Source: Lama guanicoe
Lineage: Eukaryota
Direction of reading: 5' to 3'
DNA length: 64,000 nt
NCBI GenBank assembly: GCA_013239625.1
Contig: MU054391.1
Location: 6,593,824 to 6,657,823 of the forward strand
The position numbers and the translations under genes were made by a program. Below, piece after piece: positions 1 through 11,016 of the stretch. Under the pieces are notes generated by a model. It saw only the letters and a program-made list of their open reading frames with translations. It was not told where the DNA came from and searched no databases. Every line of letters begins with the position of its first letter. Position 1 is the stretch's first letter.

Positions 1-800
1 TCTTTCTTGGATTCTGTTTTTGTTTTGCTGGAGGTATGTCCTTGGGTGTGTCTTTCAGGATAGGTCTACGGATGATAAACTTTCTAAGCCTGTGTGTGGT
101 TGAGCATGTCCTTATTTTGCCCTTGCCGGGGACTGGGAGTTGGACTGGACAATTTGCCTGAAATTAGTTTCCTTTATGGGTCATTTGATTTTTTTCACTC
201 TTTTAGGAGCCTTTTAGGATTTCTCTACATCTTTGAAGACATGAAATTTCTCCTAGAAAACGTGCCTCTTTTTAAGCTTTTCTCATTCAACACTTGGCCG
301 TGACTTTTCACTTTGAGACTCAAGTTTTTTTCTTTTTTTTTAATTTTATTTTTCAAAAATTTTTTCAGTTTTTTTTTAATTGAAGAATAGTCAGTTTACA
401 GTGTTGTGTCAACTTCTGGTGGGCAGCATGATGTTTCAGTCATGCTCACGTCTTTTCTTTAGCCCAGAAAAATTTGCCTCTCTTACCGCTTTATTTTCTC
501 TTCTGCACCTCTGGTTTTTTTCCCTCCGAGGACTCTTACTTAGAAATTGAGGGCCAATTCTACATGTGTATTAAGAGTAACTTTGCTTTGTGCACATGTG
601 TTTTATTTTCTCTTGCCTTCCTGCCCTATGTTTGATGATTTCCTTGGCTTTATGATCTGTATTATTGATTTGGTGTTCAGCTACGCCCATTTCACTAATT
701 TTTAAATTAGATTTTAATTAGAACTTTTCGAATTGTCTGAATTTTTTGAAATTATCACTGAATTTCCAAGAAATCTTTCTTTCCTCATTGCTCCTCTTCG
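1..800 (-). mobile_element. Old L1M/HAL1-like ORF1-region relic
   Basis: T-rich degenerate sequence with motifs typical of antisense ancient L1/HAL1 ORF1 (e.g. 'catgtccttattttgcccttg', 'agcccagaaaaatttgcctc'); interrupted by a younger L1 tail; boundaries approximate. Confidence 0.5.
334..444 (-). mobile_element. Short 5'-truncated L1 3' tail
   Basis: Poly-T then 'aattgaagaatagtcagtttacagtgttgtgtcaacttctgg' (antisense L1 3' terminus); degenerate TSD ctcaagtttttttct (319-333) / ctcacgtcttttctt (445-459). Confidence 0.75.
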
Positions 801-871
801 ATATCTGCTCACAACCCCATCTGACTCTGTCCTTTTGTGCAGAAGTTCAGGAAGCAGAGGTCATCATTGCT

Positions 872-981
872 GGGGGTGGGGGCATAGCTCAGTGGTAGAG
901 CCTACACTTAGCATACTTGAGGTCATGGGTTCAATCCCCAGTACCTCCATTTTACAAAATTGAATTAATTAATTTTAAAAA
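872..981 (+). mobile_element. tRNA-Ala-derived SINE (Vic-1-like), short-tail form
   Basis: 'ggggcatagctcagtggtagag...ttagcat...gggttcaatccccagtacctcca' with A/B boxes, AGC anticodon remnant, broken anticodon stem and AT-rich tail. Confidence 0.88.
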
Positions 982-1054
982 GCATTGTTTTTGTAGAGCC
1001 TGAACTAAAGAACCACAGTGTGTCAGAGTGGGATCTTTTCAGTGTGTGAGACAG

Positions 1055-1235
1055 AGTCTGCATGGAAAGGGTAGGGCTTTGGGCCCAGAGACACCAGCTC
1101 AAACTCTGCCTGGAGAACAGTGGTATGAGCTTAACTCCTAAAGCCTCAGCTTCTCCATCTGTAAATGGGGAAAACGCTCCTTACCTTGCAGGCTTGTGGT
1201 GAGGATGAAAGGGCTCATGTGGCCCCGGGATCTGT
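1055..1235 (+). mobile_element. MIR SINE
   Basis: MIR core 'gcctcagcttctccatctgtaaatgggg...ttgtggtgaggatgaaa'. Confidence 0.75.
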
Positions 1236-2677
1236 GCAGCTGGTTGTGAATGGGTCTTCATCAATTAATCCCTGCAAGGCCTGTCCTCTTCCCACACCCC
1301 TTCACCAGAGTGGAAAATTGCCTTTTGTTATTCTTCACCCCAGAGCTGTTTGTCTTTTTGACTAAATATATGTAGGTATGTATTTTAGTCATTTCTGGGC
1401 AGCTTCTCATGCATATTCAAATCCAAGCAGTTAGGGTTCTGAGAATGATTCAAATGTTTGTTGCACAGTGTAACTGATCTTAATATAGCCACATCAGCCA
1501 AGGCTGCCATCCTTTCCGGGCCTCCTCCGCTCCCCGGCAACCTGTTTGGGCCAAGGACGATCAACATGCCGGATACACTTCCGCCCTCCAGCCTCATGGG
1601 CACTGACTGGCAGGGCTGGGGGAGACCTTTTCATCGTCCGAGTTTTTGTTTTTCTTTTATCCCAGTGTCTGGACCTTTGTTGATCATTCTTTCTATAGAT
1701 GACCGGACGTCAGGAGAGGAATTTTAGGGGCGGGGAGGTGGGTGGCGTGCATGTCTCAGATCACATGTCGTGGGCGGCGTGGCCCAGCATCCGCGCTCAG
1801 CAGCAGCTATGGAATGAATGAGGCCGAATTGGAGGCTGGAACGCAGATCACTGCTACGGAGGGGGCGGAATCAGAAACTGAGAGACGACCTTGTAATTGC
1901 AGGGTTGGCGGGGTCTTCGCAGGTGTGGGGTCCCGCATGCCAAGATACCGTCATAATGAAAGCCACAAAGAGGGACCCCGACACTGAGGGGTGGTCCGTG
2001 TGACAAGGGGGAGGGGTGCTAGGGGAGTAGGAGGGGCTTGACTGGTAGGCTCCACCCCTTTCACCACTCACTCCCCCCCAAACTTCTCTCACAGCAGCGG
2101 AGCCCCACCCCCTCTCCATGACTCTGGACTGCGGAACCCCCTTTGGCCTGGGTGTGCCTCCTCTTAGCTCCATGGCCTGGGGATTTGCGTCCAGCCTGTG
2201 AAACCAGATCCTGGCAGAGGCAAGTCCACAGGTAAGGTGCCTTTGCACTTGGACATCCAACTCTTCCTTCCAAAGGCTCCAGCAGAGCAAACAACAGAGA
2301 CTCGGCGCAGGGTCTTGGGGGAGTCCTGTCCCAGAAACGGCTGAAATGCAAAGGCGCTGTCAGAGCACAAAAAGCACCTGTCTCCTGTTACCCACAGGGA
2401 AAAGCTCTGCCCTTTCTCTTGGCCCTCCGACCGGTCCTGCTCTGACCCCTGTCTCCATCCTGTTTCCTCTCCCACGTCCACAAGCTCCTTATTCACATCC
2501 TTCAGGAATCAGCCCAAATCTCATCTTCAAACCCTGAGTCTCTCTTCCTCTGGGCCCCTGGCCCCCTGGTTTACACTCTCCATGGCACTCCCTCCCCAGC
2601 CTGGACTGGCATCATCAACTCAGCAGCTGGGGATGGAGGCTGTGCTCTGGCCACGTGCATGAGGGAGCCCCAGAGGG

Positions 2678-2740
2678 CAGCGTTCTCACAAGTGAGCTGG
2701 CGTCAGAATCCCCTCATGGTGTGTGAAAACACAGGTCTCT
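2678..2740. mobile_element. MER5-like hAT-Charlie MITE fragment
   Basis: 'cagcgttctcacaagtgagctggcgtcagaatcccctc...tgtgaaaacacag' resembles a MER5A terminus. Confidence 0.45.
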
Positions 2741-3324
2741 TTCCTCCAGTGGGATGGAAGACTGTTAAATTTCTTGGTTCTGTAGCTCCTTTGGACACAC
2801 ATGTGGAATTATTTCTTGACATCCAACTTTAATCACTCACTCTCTGCTGGATCACCCACGAGTAATGGTCTTTCATGAGATTCTAGCACACCTTGGGTAG
2901 CCCTGCCCTGGTCTAGGGGTTTTGAGATGAATGAGGCCAGAGACCTGCCTTTGAGGAGGCAGGAGACAAACATCATGTGGGGTGGGGGGCACTCCATCCC
3001 AAATGAAAAAAAAAGATCCCTGCCTTTCAAGATGCTCAGAGCCCTAAGCCAAAGCCGGGGGCTCTGGGCTGGTGCTAAACCTCTGTGACTTATGGGTAGA
3101 AGAGAGACTCTGAGAGCCATCTAAGTGCACAAGGACTGGGATTTCCAAGACATCCTCGATGATTATGAGGACAGTGAGACAGATCATTTGAAATAAAGAC
3201 TCCCAGAAATTGCTGACTGTCTGATCTGTGTACCCACAAAGCTTCCTGCTACTAAACAAAGCTGTGGCGTAGGGCTGAGTATCTGGTCCTTTGAACCAGC
3301 CATCTCTGGGTTACTGGACAAACA

Positions 3325-3470
3325 CAGTCTGGTGGAAGGAACAAGGCCTTCAAAGCAAGGCCTTGGCTCCCACTCTTACTGATTCTGCTAGACTGGAGGG
3401 ATTGCTTAATCTCCCTGAGCTGAAAAGTAACGCCCCCCTCCCAGGTTGGTGTGAATTAGGGTAACAGGGC
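3325..3470 (+). mobile_element. Degenerate MIR
   Basis: 'ttgcttaatctccctgagc', 'cctcccaggttggtgtgaatta' resemble MIR segments. Confidence 0.45.
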
Positions 3471-5148
3471 CTCGTATCCGAGCCAGAGGAGGTGACCTCT
3501 CCACAGACGGTCACTTCGCTCCTGTCGTCTGGCCCCTTCTCTTCCCTTTCCCCTCCTGGACTACATTATGGGCCCAACAGAAATGTCTGTGGGCTCTGCT
3601 CACCCATGACTGATGGAACTGGATCCCCCTCTAAGCGGAGGAGCCCAGCGACATCGGCGCTTCCTGCCAGCACCCAGCCTCGGGCAGGAAGCTAAGGGGT
3701 CTGCCTGGAGCCAAAGACCAGAACCCAGCGGTGAGGAGCAGGGACCCGGCAGGCAGGGAGAGAGCAGGACCACACAGGGGCCTGCGCTGGGAGTTCTGGT
3801 CCTGACCGGCTAGGAAGGGACCAGGGATTGAGGTGACTCAGGTCCCGAGTGTCTCTAAGGGGAAGCAGCCAGAGAACACCTCCCTCTCGGCTCACCCTCC
3901 AGAGGTGCTGTCTTTTCATCATTGGTTAAGGTTAAGTGTTGACGTGGATTTTAAGGCTCTGCCGCAAAGACATTAGAAGGAATGACAGAAGATGAACAAG
4001 ACAAGACAGGAAGAGAGGTTACGCCCCCTTCCCCAGATGCCAACAGTTAATACCAGTGAGCTCCAGGCAGTGCGTTGTACGAGACATGCATCAACCCTAC
4101 CCCTCACCCCTGCAGCCCCCCCACCTCTCCTGTCCTGACAACAAGTCCCCGAGGAAGTATCATTTCGACCACCCTTGCTTTACAGATGGGAACCTGGGAG
4201 CAGAGTTGTCCTGCAGCTTACTGGAGACGAGCAGTTCTCAAACCCTTCAGGTCTGACCCTGGAGCCACACAGGAGCCTCCATGTCCCCAGCTTCCCAGGT
4301 TAGCGTCCATGGGGGGCTCCCCACCAGGTCCTTGGCGAGCAGGGCTGACCAGCGGCCTTCTCCACAGCCAGGTGGCGGGCAGAGTTGATTCCGCTGGCTG
4401 CTTTTCTTGCATCTGGGTTATGCTGAGGTGCAGAGGGCAAGGGGCCCTCCCAGGTCAGAGTGCGCGTGGCCCCAGAATCCGGCCCGCCCCCAGCTCCTTC
4501 CTCTGAGCCCCGCCGGAGACAAAGCCAGACGGGAAGACAGTTGGCCTTTCTTCCATCAGGTGACCGCTGGGGACGTAAAAATATTTCCAAGTATTTAAAA
4601 AAAATTTTAAATCCATGTTTATTATTTGCATTAGTAACTAAAAAAGAATACCTGCACCAGCTGTTAGAAACAGATCAATGGAAGTGATTCTGGGGGGATG
4701 GAAATAAGAACGTGTCACAAGAAGTAAGTCATCTCCGTTCGGTTCCGAGCAGTAGACAAGACAAGCATGCCATGGCTGTACCGACTGCCTGTGACCAGCG
4801 ATGCAGAAGGCACCACCCGTGTTCAGTCCTGAACCCCAATAATGAGCCAAGGAGAGCAGAATAGATTTTACTAAAAATGATTAAAAGCTGGTTGCCCGCA
4901 GGCAGCTGGGAACCATCGCCTTCTGGACATCTGCTTGTATTGTCTTTTTTCTCCATCTCCTGAGCTGCCGCATGGAGTGCCAGCTTACCCTGGTGACTCT
5001 CTCCAGCGCAGGGAAGTGTGACAAGTCCCTCGGCACAAAGAAACAGGGGCACTAGGAGAGGCCTCTGTTCAGCTCAGTCAGAAAGACTCTGCTAAACTTT
5101 TCTTTTATTACAAACATGATATATGCTTGTTATTAAAAATTAAAATAA

Positions 5149-5290
5149 GGGGGGGAGGGGATATAGCTCAGTGGCAGAGCACGTGCTTAGCATGCACAAG
5201 GTCTTGGGTTTAATCCCCAGTACCTCCATTAAAAAAAAATTAAAAATAAATAAACAAACCTAATTACCTCTGCCTCCCAACAACACAAAA
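5149..5290 (+). mobile_element. tRNA-Ala-derived SINE (Vic-1-like), long-tail form
   Basis: 'ggggatatagctcagtggcagagcacgtgcttagcatgcac...ccccagtacctcca' plus tail 'aataaataaacaaacctaattacctc'; no TSD seen. Confidence 0.9.
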
Positions 5291-5355
5291 ACCATCACAT
5301 TGGGGTTAGGGCTTCAGCCTATGAATGGGAGGGTGCAAATATTCAGTCCGTAACA
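5291..5355 (-). mobile_element. MLT1A-like LTR, terminal ~65 bp only
   Basis: Reverse complement reads 'tgttacggactgaatatttg...gaagccctaaccccaatgtgatggt', the MLT1A 5' end. Confidence 0.75.
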
Positions 5356-5364
5356 GGGGGAAAC

Positions 5365-5520
5365 ACTTATTGGGCGCCTACTGTTTGCCTGGCATGGGGC
5401 TGACTACTTTGCATCCACTGATTATTTGTTCTCATACGCCCTGAAAGGCATGGGTTATGGTCCTCATCTTATACATCAAGAAGTTAAGCCTTGTGGCAGA
5501 TTTGGGATTTAAACCAAGAT
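5365..5520 (-). mobile_element. MIR SINE
   Basis: 'cacttattgggcgcctactg...cctggca...gggatttaaacc' antisense MIR tail and B-box region. Confidence 0.65.
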
Positions 5521-6199
5521 GCCATCTTGCTATTAGGTGAAGAGTTCATGAGAAAGAAAATTCAAAAATGGCCCCACAGGCAGGAAAGCTGCCCTGTTAG
5601 AGGTGATGGTGGCAGCTCTGGCTACTCTCATGCCCACCCGCCAGCCCCTCTCTGGCCACGCAGGCTCCCCGGGGAGGAATGGCTGCTTTCCAGGTACAGA
5701 GAGGCTTGCCCGTCCCAGGAGGCGCCCTGCATTGACCGTCCACATCCCACAACCAGTTTCTCGGAACACTATCTCTTGTGACATCAAGCCTCAAATTGGG
5801 CAGAATAAGTCCTTAAAGATGGTTTTCTCTAGCGATTACACTGGCTGTTGAGCAAACCTTATTAGTAATTACTTTGCTAAAGATAGCAGTCCCTCCGAGA
5901 GCAGAAGAAATGGTAATTACTGGAACCAGCCTTTCCACTATTTTCTGCAAAAATAAACACCAACCCGCTGGGACTTCTCTGGACCGTCCTAAATCCTGGA
6001 GCCTATGGCTCAAGGCTTGGGGCTCACCAAGTATGTCAATCTCTTTGAGACTCATTTTCTTCATCCATTAAACGTGATCCCAGGTTTGCCTTGGTTACCA
6101 CACTTCATGTCCAGGTGTGTGAGCTCACACCCTCACCAATAGCTGGGGTTGGGGAGGGACTGTTGGGGCACATCACAGATGGGGGGTGGTTGAGTTGAA

Positions 6200-7060
6200 T
6201 TGCAAGGGCCCTGCAAGCAGAAGATGGCCTGAGCACGGGGAGTGTGAGGGACCGTGTGTGTGTCTGGGAGGGGCTGCATCAGCAGGGACCACGTCATGAA
6301 GGACCCGGGATCTCCTGCCAGGATGAACTCCTGCCAGGATGAACTCCATCCTGAGGGCCACGGGGAGTGACTGGGAAGTCTAAAGCAGGAACATGACAAG
6401 ATCAAATTATTGGTTAGAAGAAGGATTTTTAAGATAAGGTGACAATGGCTTGGAAGGGGGTGAAAATGGCGGAAGGGAGACCGGTCAGGAAGCCGTGGCA
6501 GTGGTGAAGGAGGGGTGGGTTATCAGGGATCTGCCAGGGGCACAGACAAGTCTCTGACCTCTGCTGACCTCACCCATGGCACTCCGCTGTAGGGCGGATA
6601 ATGGAGAGCTGCTTGGGTTTTCCTTCCATGTGATTTTGGATAATCTGAAATCTCTGTCTCCCAGCCCCTAGGACTCATTCCATCCCTGCTGACCAGGGAT
6701 GGTGATTGGAGCCCCAGAAATGGATGGCATTCCCAGAAAGAGTGGGAAGACTGAGCAAGAGCTTCTTGGGGATGCCTGTGTTTAGGGGCTGGAAGGAGAG
6801 AGGTACTAGCCAAGGAGACCAGGAGAAGCAGTCAGGGAGTGCGAGGAGGACCAGGAGTGAGCAGGGCCAGGAGTACGAGGTCATGGGAGGATGTCAAGGG
6901 CAGAAGGGACACCAGCTACAAGAAGACTTTGAGAACTTGTTGTGGTGGTCATGGTGGGGTTGGCAGGGACCTTTGCCAGAGAAGGGGATGGACACGAGGC
7001 CACAGATGAGGATTGAACGGAGGTTGAAAAGTAGAGGACTGAGTTCTGCTGTTCTTCTGA
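6200..7060 (-). mobile_element. L2 LINE relic (fragmented)
   Basis: Purine-rich antisense L2-like motifs ('cctgagggccacggggagtgactgggaag...agcaggaacatgacaagatcaaatt', 'gggagaccggtcaggaagcc'). Confidence 0.55.
6312..6347. repeat. Perfect 16-bp tandem duplication
   Basis: ctcctgccaggatgaa at 6312-6327 and 6328-6343, followed by ctcc. Confidence 0.95.
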
Positions 7061-7146
7061 GGGGTCGAGATCCTCAGGTAACTGGAGGGAATGCACCCTT
7101 CCCCCAACCACAAGGAGGGGAGCTTCTATTAGGCTGTCTTAGCATC

Positions 7147-8935
7147 TGTACCAATTTACATTCCTATGAACAGTGTACAGTGTGGGTTCCCTTTTCTCCA
7201 CATCTTTGCCAACATTTGCTATTTGTGTTCTTTTTGATGATAGCCATTCTGACAGGTGTGAGGTGATATCTCATGTGGTTTTCATTTGATTTCCCTAATG
7301 ATTAGCAATGTTGAGCATCTTTTCATGTGCCTGTTGGCCATCTGAATGTCTTCTTTAGAAAAATATCTATTCAGGTCTTCTGCCCATTTTTTAATCAGTT
7401 GGGTTTTTTTTTTTGATATTGAGTTGTATAAACTGTTCATATATTTTGGATATTAACCCCTTATCAGTTATATCATTTGCAAATACTTCCTTTCACTCAG
7501 TAGGTTGTTTTTTCAGTTTGTTGATGGTTTCCTTTGTTGTACAAAAGCTTTTAAGCTTAATTAGTTCCCGTTTGTTTATTTTTGCTTTTGTTTCTTTAGC
7601 CTTAGGAGACAGATCAAACACTACTGCTATGATTTATGCCAAAGAGTGTTCTGACTGTGTTTTCTTCAAGGAGTTTTATGGTTTCCAGTTTCACATTTAG
7701 GTCTTTAATCCATTTTGACTTATTTTTGTATATGGTGTGAGCACATGTTCTAATTTCATTTTTTTATGTGTAACTGTCCAGTTTTCCCAGCATAGGGGTG
7801 GGGTATAGCTCAGTGGTAGAACACATGCTTAGCATTCAGGAAGTCTTGGGTTCAATCCCCAGTACCTCCACTAAGAAAAACCAAACCAAAACAAAACAAA
7901 AAAAAGTTTTCCCAGCACTACTAATTGAAGAGACTGTCTTTTCCCCATTGTATATTCTTGCTTTTGTCATCAATTAGTTGACCTTAGTATGTGGGTTTAT
8001 TCACAGGCCTTTCTATTCTGTTCCATTGATCTAGGTGTCCGTACCATACTGTTTTGATACTGTAGCTTCATAGTATAGTCTGAAGTGAGGGCATGTGATA
8101 CCACCAGCTCTCATCTTTTTTCTCAAAATTGCTTTGGCTGTTCAAGGTCTTTTGTTGTTTCCCTAGAAATTTTAGAATTATTTATTCTAGTTCTGTGAAA
8201 AATGCTACTGCTATTTTGATAGGGATTGCATTGAGTCTGTAGATTGCCTTGGGTAGTATAGTCATTTTAGCAATATTAATTCTTCTAATCCATGGACATG
8301 GTATATCTTTCCATTTCTTTGTGTCATTTTCAATTTCTTTTATCTATGTCTTACAGTTTACAAGTGTAGGTGCTTTACCTTCTTAGATTTATTCCCAAGT
8401 ATTTTATTTTTCTGATGCAATGGTAAATGAGATTGTTTTCTTAATTTTTCTTTATGATAGTTTGTTGTTAATGCAAAGAAATGCAAAAGATTTCTCTATA
8501 TTAATTTTGTATGCTGCAAATTTATTCTACCCATTGATGAGCTCTAGTAGTTTTTGGTGGCATCTTAAGGATTTTCTATGTGTAGTAACATGTCATCTGC
8601 AAACAGTGACAGTTTGGGGTCTTCCTTTCCAATTTTTCTTTCTTTTTCTCCTCTGACTGCTGTGACTAGGACTTTCAATACTGTCCTGAATAAAAATGGT
8701 CAGAGTGGGCATCCTTGTCTTAAAGGAAAGGCTTCCAGCTTTTCACTGTTGAGTATGAGGTGAGGTGTGGGCTCATCATATATGGCCTTTATTACGTTGA
8801 GGTGTCTTCTCTCTATACCTACATTGTGGAGAGTTTTTATCAGGGATAGATGTTGAATTTTGTCAAAAGCTTTTTCTGCATCTATTGAGATGATACGATT
8901 TTTATTCTTCAATTTTTTATTGTGGTGTATCACTT
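7147..8935 (-). mobile_element. L1 ORF2 fragment (RT to C-terminal region), pseudogenised
   Basis: Minus ORF 8700-8981 gives '[15 protein letters not shown]...[28 protein letters not shown]', L1 RT motifs; ~1.7 kb of continuous antisense L1 with frameshifts and a SINE insertion. Confidence 0.95.
7795..7904 (+). mobile_element. Vic-1-like SINE nested in L1
   Basis: tRNA-like head 'ggggtatagctcagtggtag...gggttcaatccccagtacctcca', A-rich tail, perfect 13-bp TSD agttttcccagca (7780-7792 / 7905-7917). Confidence 0.93.
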
Positions 8936-9419
8936 TCACACCCCCACTAAGCTTGAGCATTAAAAAACATTGCTCATGCAAAAGGCAAAAATGGCATCTT
9001 TTTTATTGTCTGAATGCTCTTTAAATGCTAAACCCCACCAGCCACAGAAAGCTGTCTCCCTGCTTATAAGCCCTTAACCAGTTTCCTGTTATTAACAAAT
9101 CTGGAGGCTGGGCTTCCAGCAGCTACATACAGCTGGCCTGTGGGTACCAGGCCTGGTGGGAGGGATGGTGGCAGTGATGCTTGCCCTGCTGGATCTGCTT
9201 CCTACTGGGCCTAAAGGAAATTATCCCAGCAGAGGTCTGGCACATTCCCAAGGAGCCCATGGCTGAGAGCTCAGGCTGTGCGATGGGCCTTTCCTGGCTT
9301 GAAGTGGTGGCTGACTTAACTACAGATTGCAGCAGGAATTATCAGTTCTCTCTTGCTTGACCCAGAGGGCAAGACTTATAATGAAATAAACCCCCAAACC
9401 ACCACGTATTAGAGTTTGA

Positions 9420-9810
9420 GGACTTTGAGATGGAGGCCTAGAGAGGGGAAGTAACTTTTCCAAGGTCACACAGCAGGATACTGAATCAGACCTCTGCCTT
9501 TTAGCTAGTGCTTACACAACTCCATGTATCTTTTCAGAATGCTCCCATGCTGATTATTAGATTTTATCCTCAAAGACTCCTGCGAAGAAGGCACAGCAGA
9601 GGGAGTGGGTGTGAAATCACACTAGTGATGGAGATGAGGACGAGGTTGGGGAGGAGAGTATCAGTCACCAGAGTGAGCGTTTACTGAGAGCCCATTCTGT
9701 GCCAGGCTTCCTGTGAATTCTTTACATGAATTACTCACCGAATCCGTGTACACCCCTCAAGATGTAGCTTCTTTTAACAATTCCTGTTTACTGGGGAGGC
9801 GACAGGTTCA
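9420..9810 (-). mobile_element. Two MIR fragments (~9420-9510, ~9675-9810)
   Basis: 'gaggcctagagaggggaagtaacttttccaaggtcacacagc'; 'tttactgagagcccattctgtgccaggc'. Confidence 0.65.
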
Positions 9811-10204
9811 GAAATTACTCCAACACCAGTGGGCACCATATACATGACGATCTCAGATCTCCCAGAAAATCTGGGGCTTGGCTGCTGTCAGAGAGCCGCT
9901 CCAGTGCTCACTGGGGTCTGCCTGACGAGGAAGGTTCTAGACACTAAGCCAGCAGTCCTTCTGATATCATGATGGATGGCCATTCAGTGCTGATCAGGAC
10001 ACACAGCTTTCCGCAGCAACTTAGCCTCCAGAAACGGAGGGGAGGGGACTATGTGGGTGTGGCAGGGGCAGAAGGCAAGTGCCCAGTGCTACGCTATCAG
10101 GCTCTAGGAGTGGAGAGAAAGAAGTCTAAGGAGCAAAACAGATGGCCCTTGCCCCACATGAGTGTCCCAGTGAGGCAGACAGGACACGTGAGGATGGACC
10201 TGTG

Positions 10205-10385
10205 TGGCGGGTACCACGTGCCACACAATGCTTGGGACTTTACGCCACCTGTCATCCTTGAAACAATCATGCAAATCGGGCAAGATTGTTCCCATTTCAC
10301 AGCTGAGGAAACTGAGGCTTTAAGTGGATGAGTAATGACTGCACAGCTAAAAGGGGATGGATTCCTAACCAACCCTGGTTGACTG
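10205..10385 (-). mobile_element. MIR SINE
   Basis: 'cccatttcacagctgaggaaactgaggct' antisense MIR core. Confidence 0.75.
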
Positions 10386-10639
10386 GCAGCCCATACTCTC
10401 TCTCTTGCTCCTTGATGTCTGCCTTTCAATTAAATAACAAGACAAAAATGAAAATGTTACACAAAGTACTATGTCAGCTCAAAGAGAGGAGGAATTATAG
10501 TGGGTTTCCAGGGGGTGAGGTGTTGGATCTGGTCAAGAGGAAAGGGTCCCGCTCTTGGTGGAAAACAGCAGTGGCAGGGGCTCTGAGGTGGGGCTGCACA
10601 AGACGACGTGTTAACAGAAGTATCACCCCACAGCATGCA

Positions 10640-11016
10640 GGATGTAGACTATTTGGTGCCCTGCCCATGTGTCTCCTGCAGGCTTCAGGGCTGAGGGGTC
10701 CAAGTGCCCTGCCACCACTTGCTCCTCTTTGCCTCGGGCTCTCTCTGCTCTTGGGGATGCATTTACCACTCACAGGGAAGACCACAGCTTCCAGGAACCA
10801 GCCCTGTGTGGGAGCAGCCTGGACTGATGTCCTAGCTCCCTCGCGCTCCGATTGGACGTCTCTGCCATTGAGGGCTTCCCCAGTGGGGTTAGGGTCCAGC
10901 CACTCCCGGTCCTGTCTCCTCCTCCTTTCTCACTAGTGCTCCCTTCACCTTCCCAATAAGCTACTTGCATCTGAGCCTGTGTTTCTGGGTCTGCTGGGGG
11001 AGCCCAGATTAAGACA
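10640..11016 (+). mobile_element. ERVL LTR (LTR33/LTR16-like)
   Basis: Characteristic 3' end 'ccaataagctacttgcatctgagcc...ggggagcccagattaagaca'; 5' boundary uncertain. Confidence 0.6.

Noticed and set aside
2667..2681. CTCF-like motif gccccagagggcagc (similar partial matches at ~28711 and ~55766)
   Set aside because: Partial matches are frequent in GC-rich DNA and there is no independent support
872..7870. tRNA-Ala(AGC)-like sequences at 872, 5149 and 7795 as true tRNA genes
   Set aside because: Anticodon/D stems or the B box are disrupted (e.g. GTTTAA in the 5149 copy), and they have extra 5' G-runs and A-rich tails, with a TSD in one case. These are SINE copies.
8700..8981. Reverse-transcriptase motifs as a retron or novel RT system
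   Set aside because: Ordinary decayed L1 ORF2 within continuous antisense L1 sequence, with frameshifts and deletions
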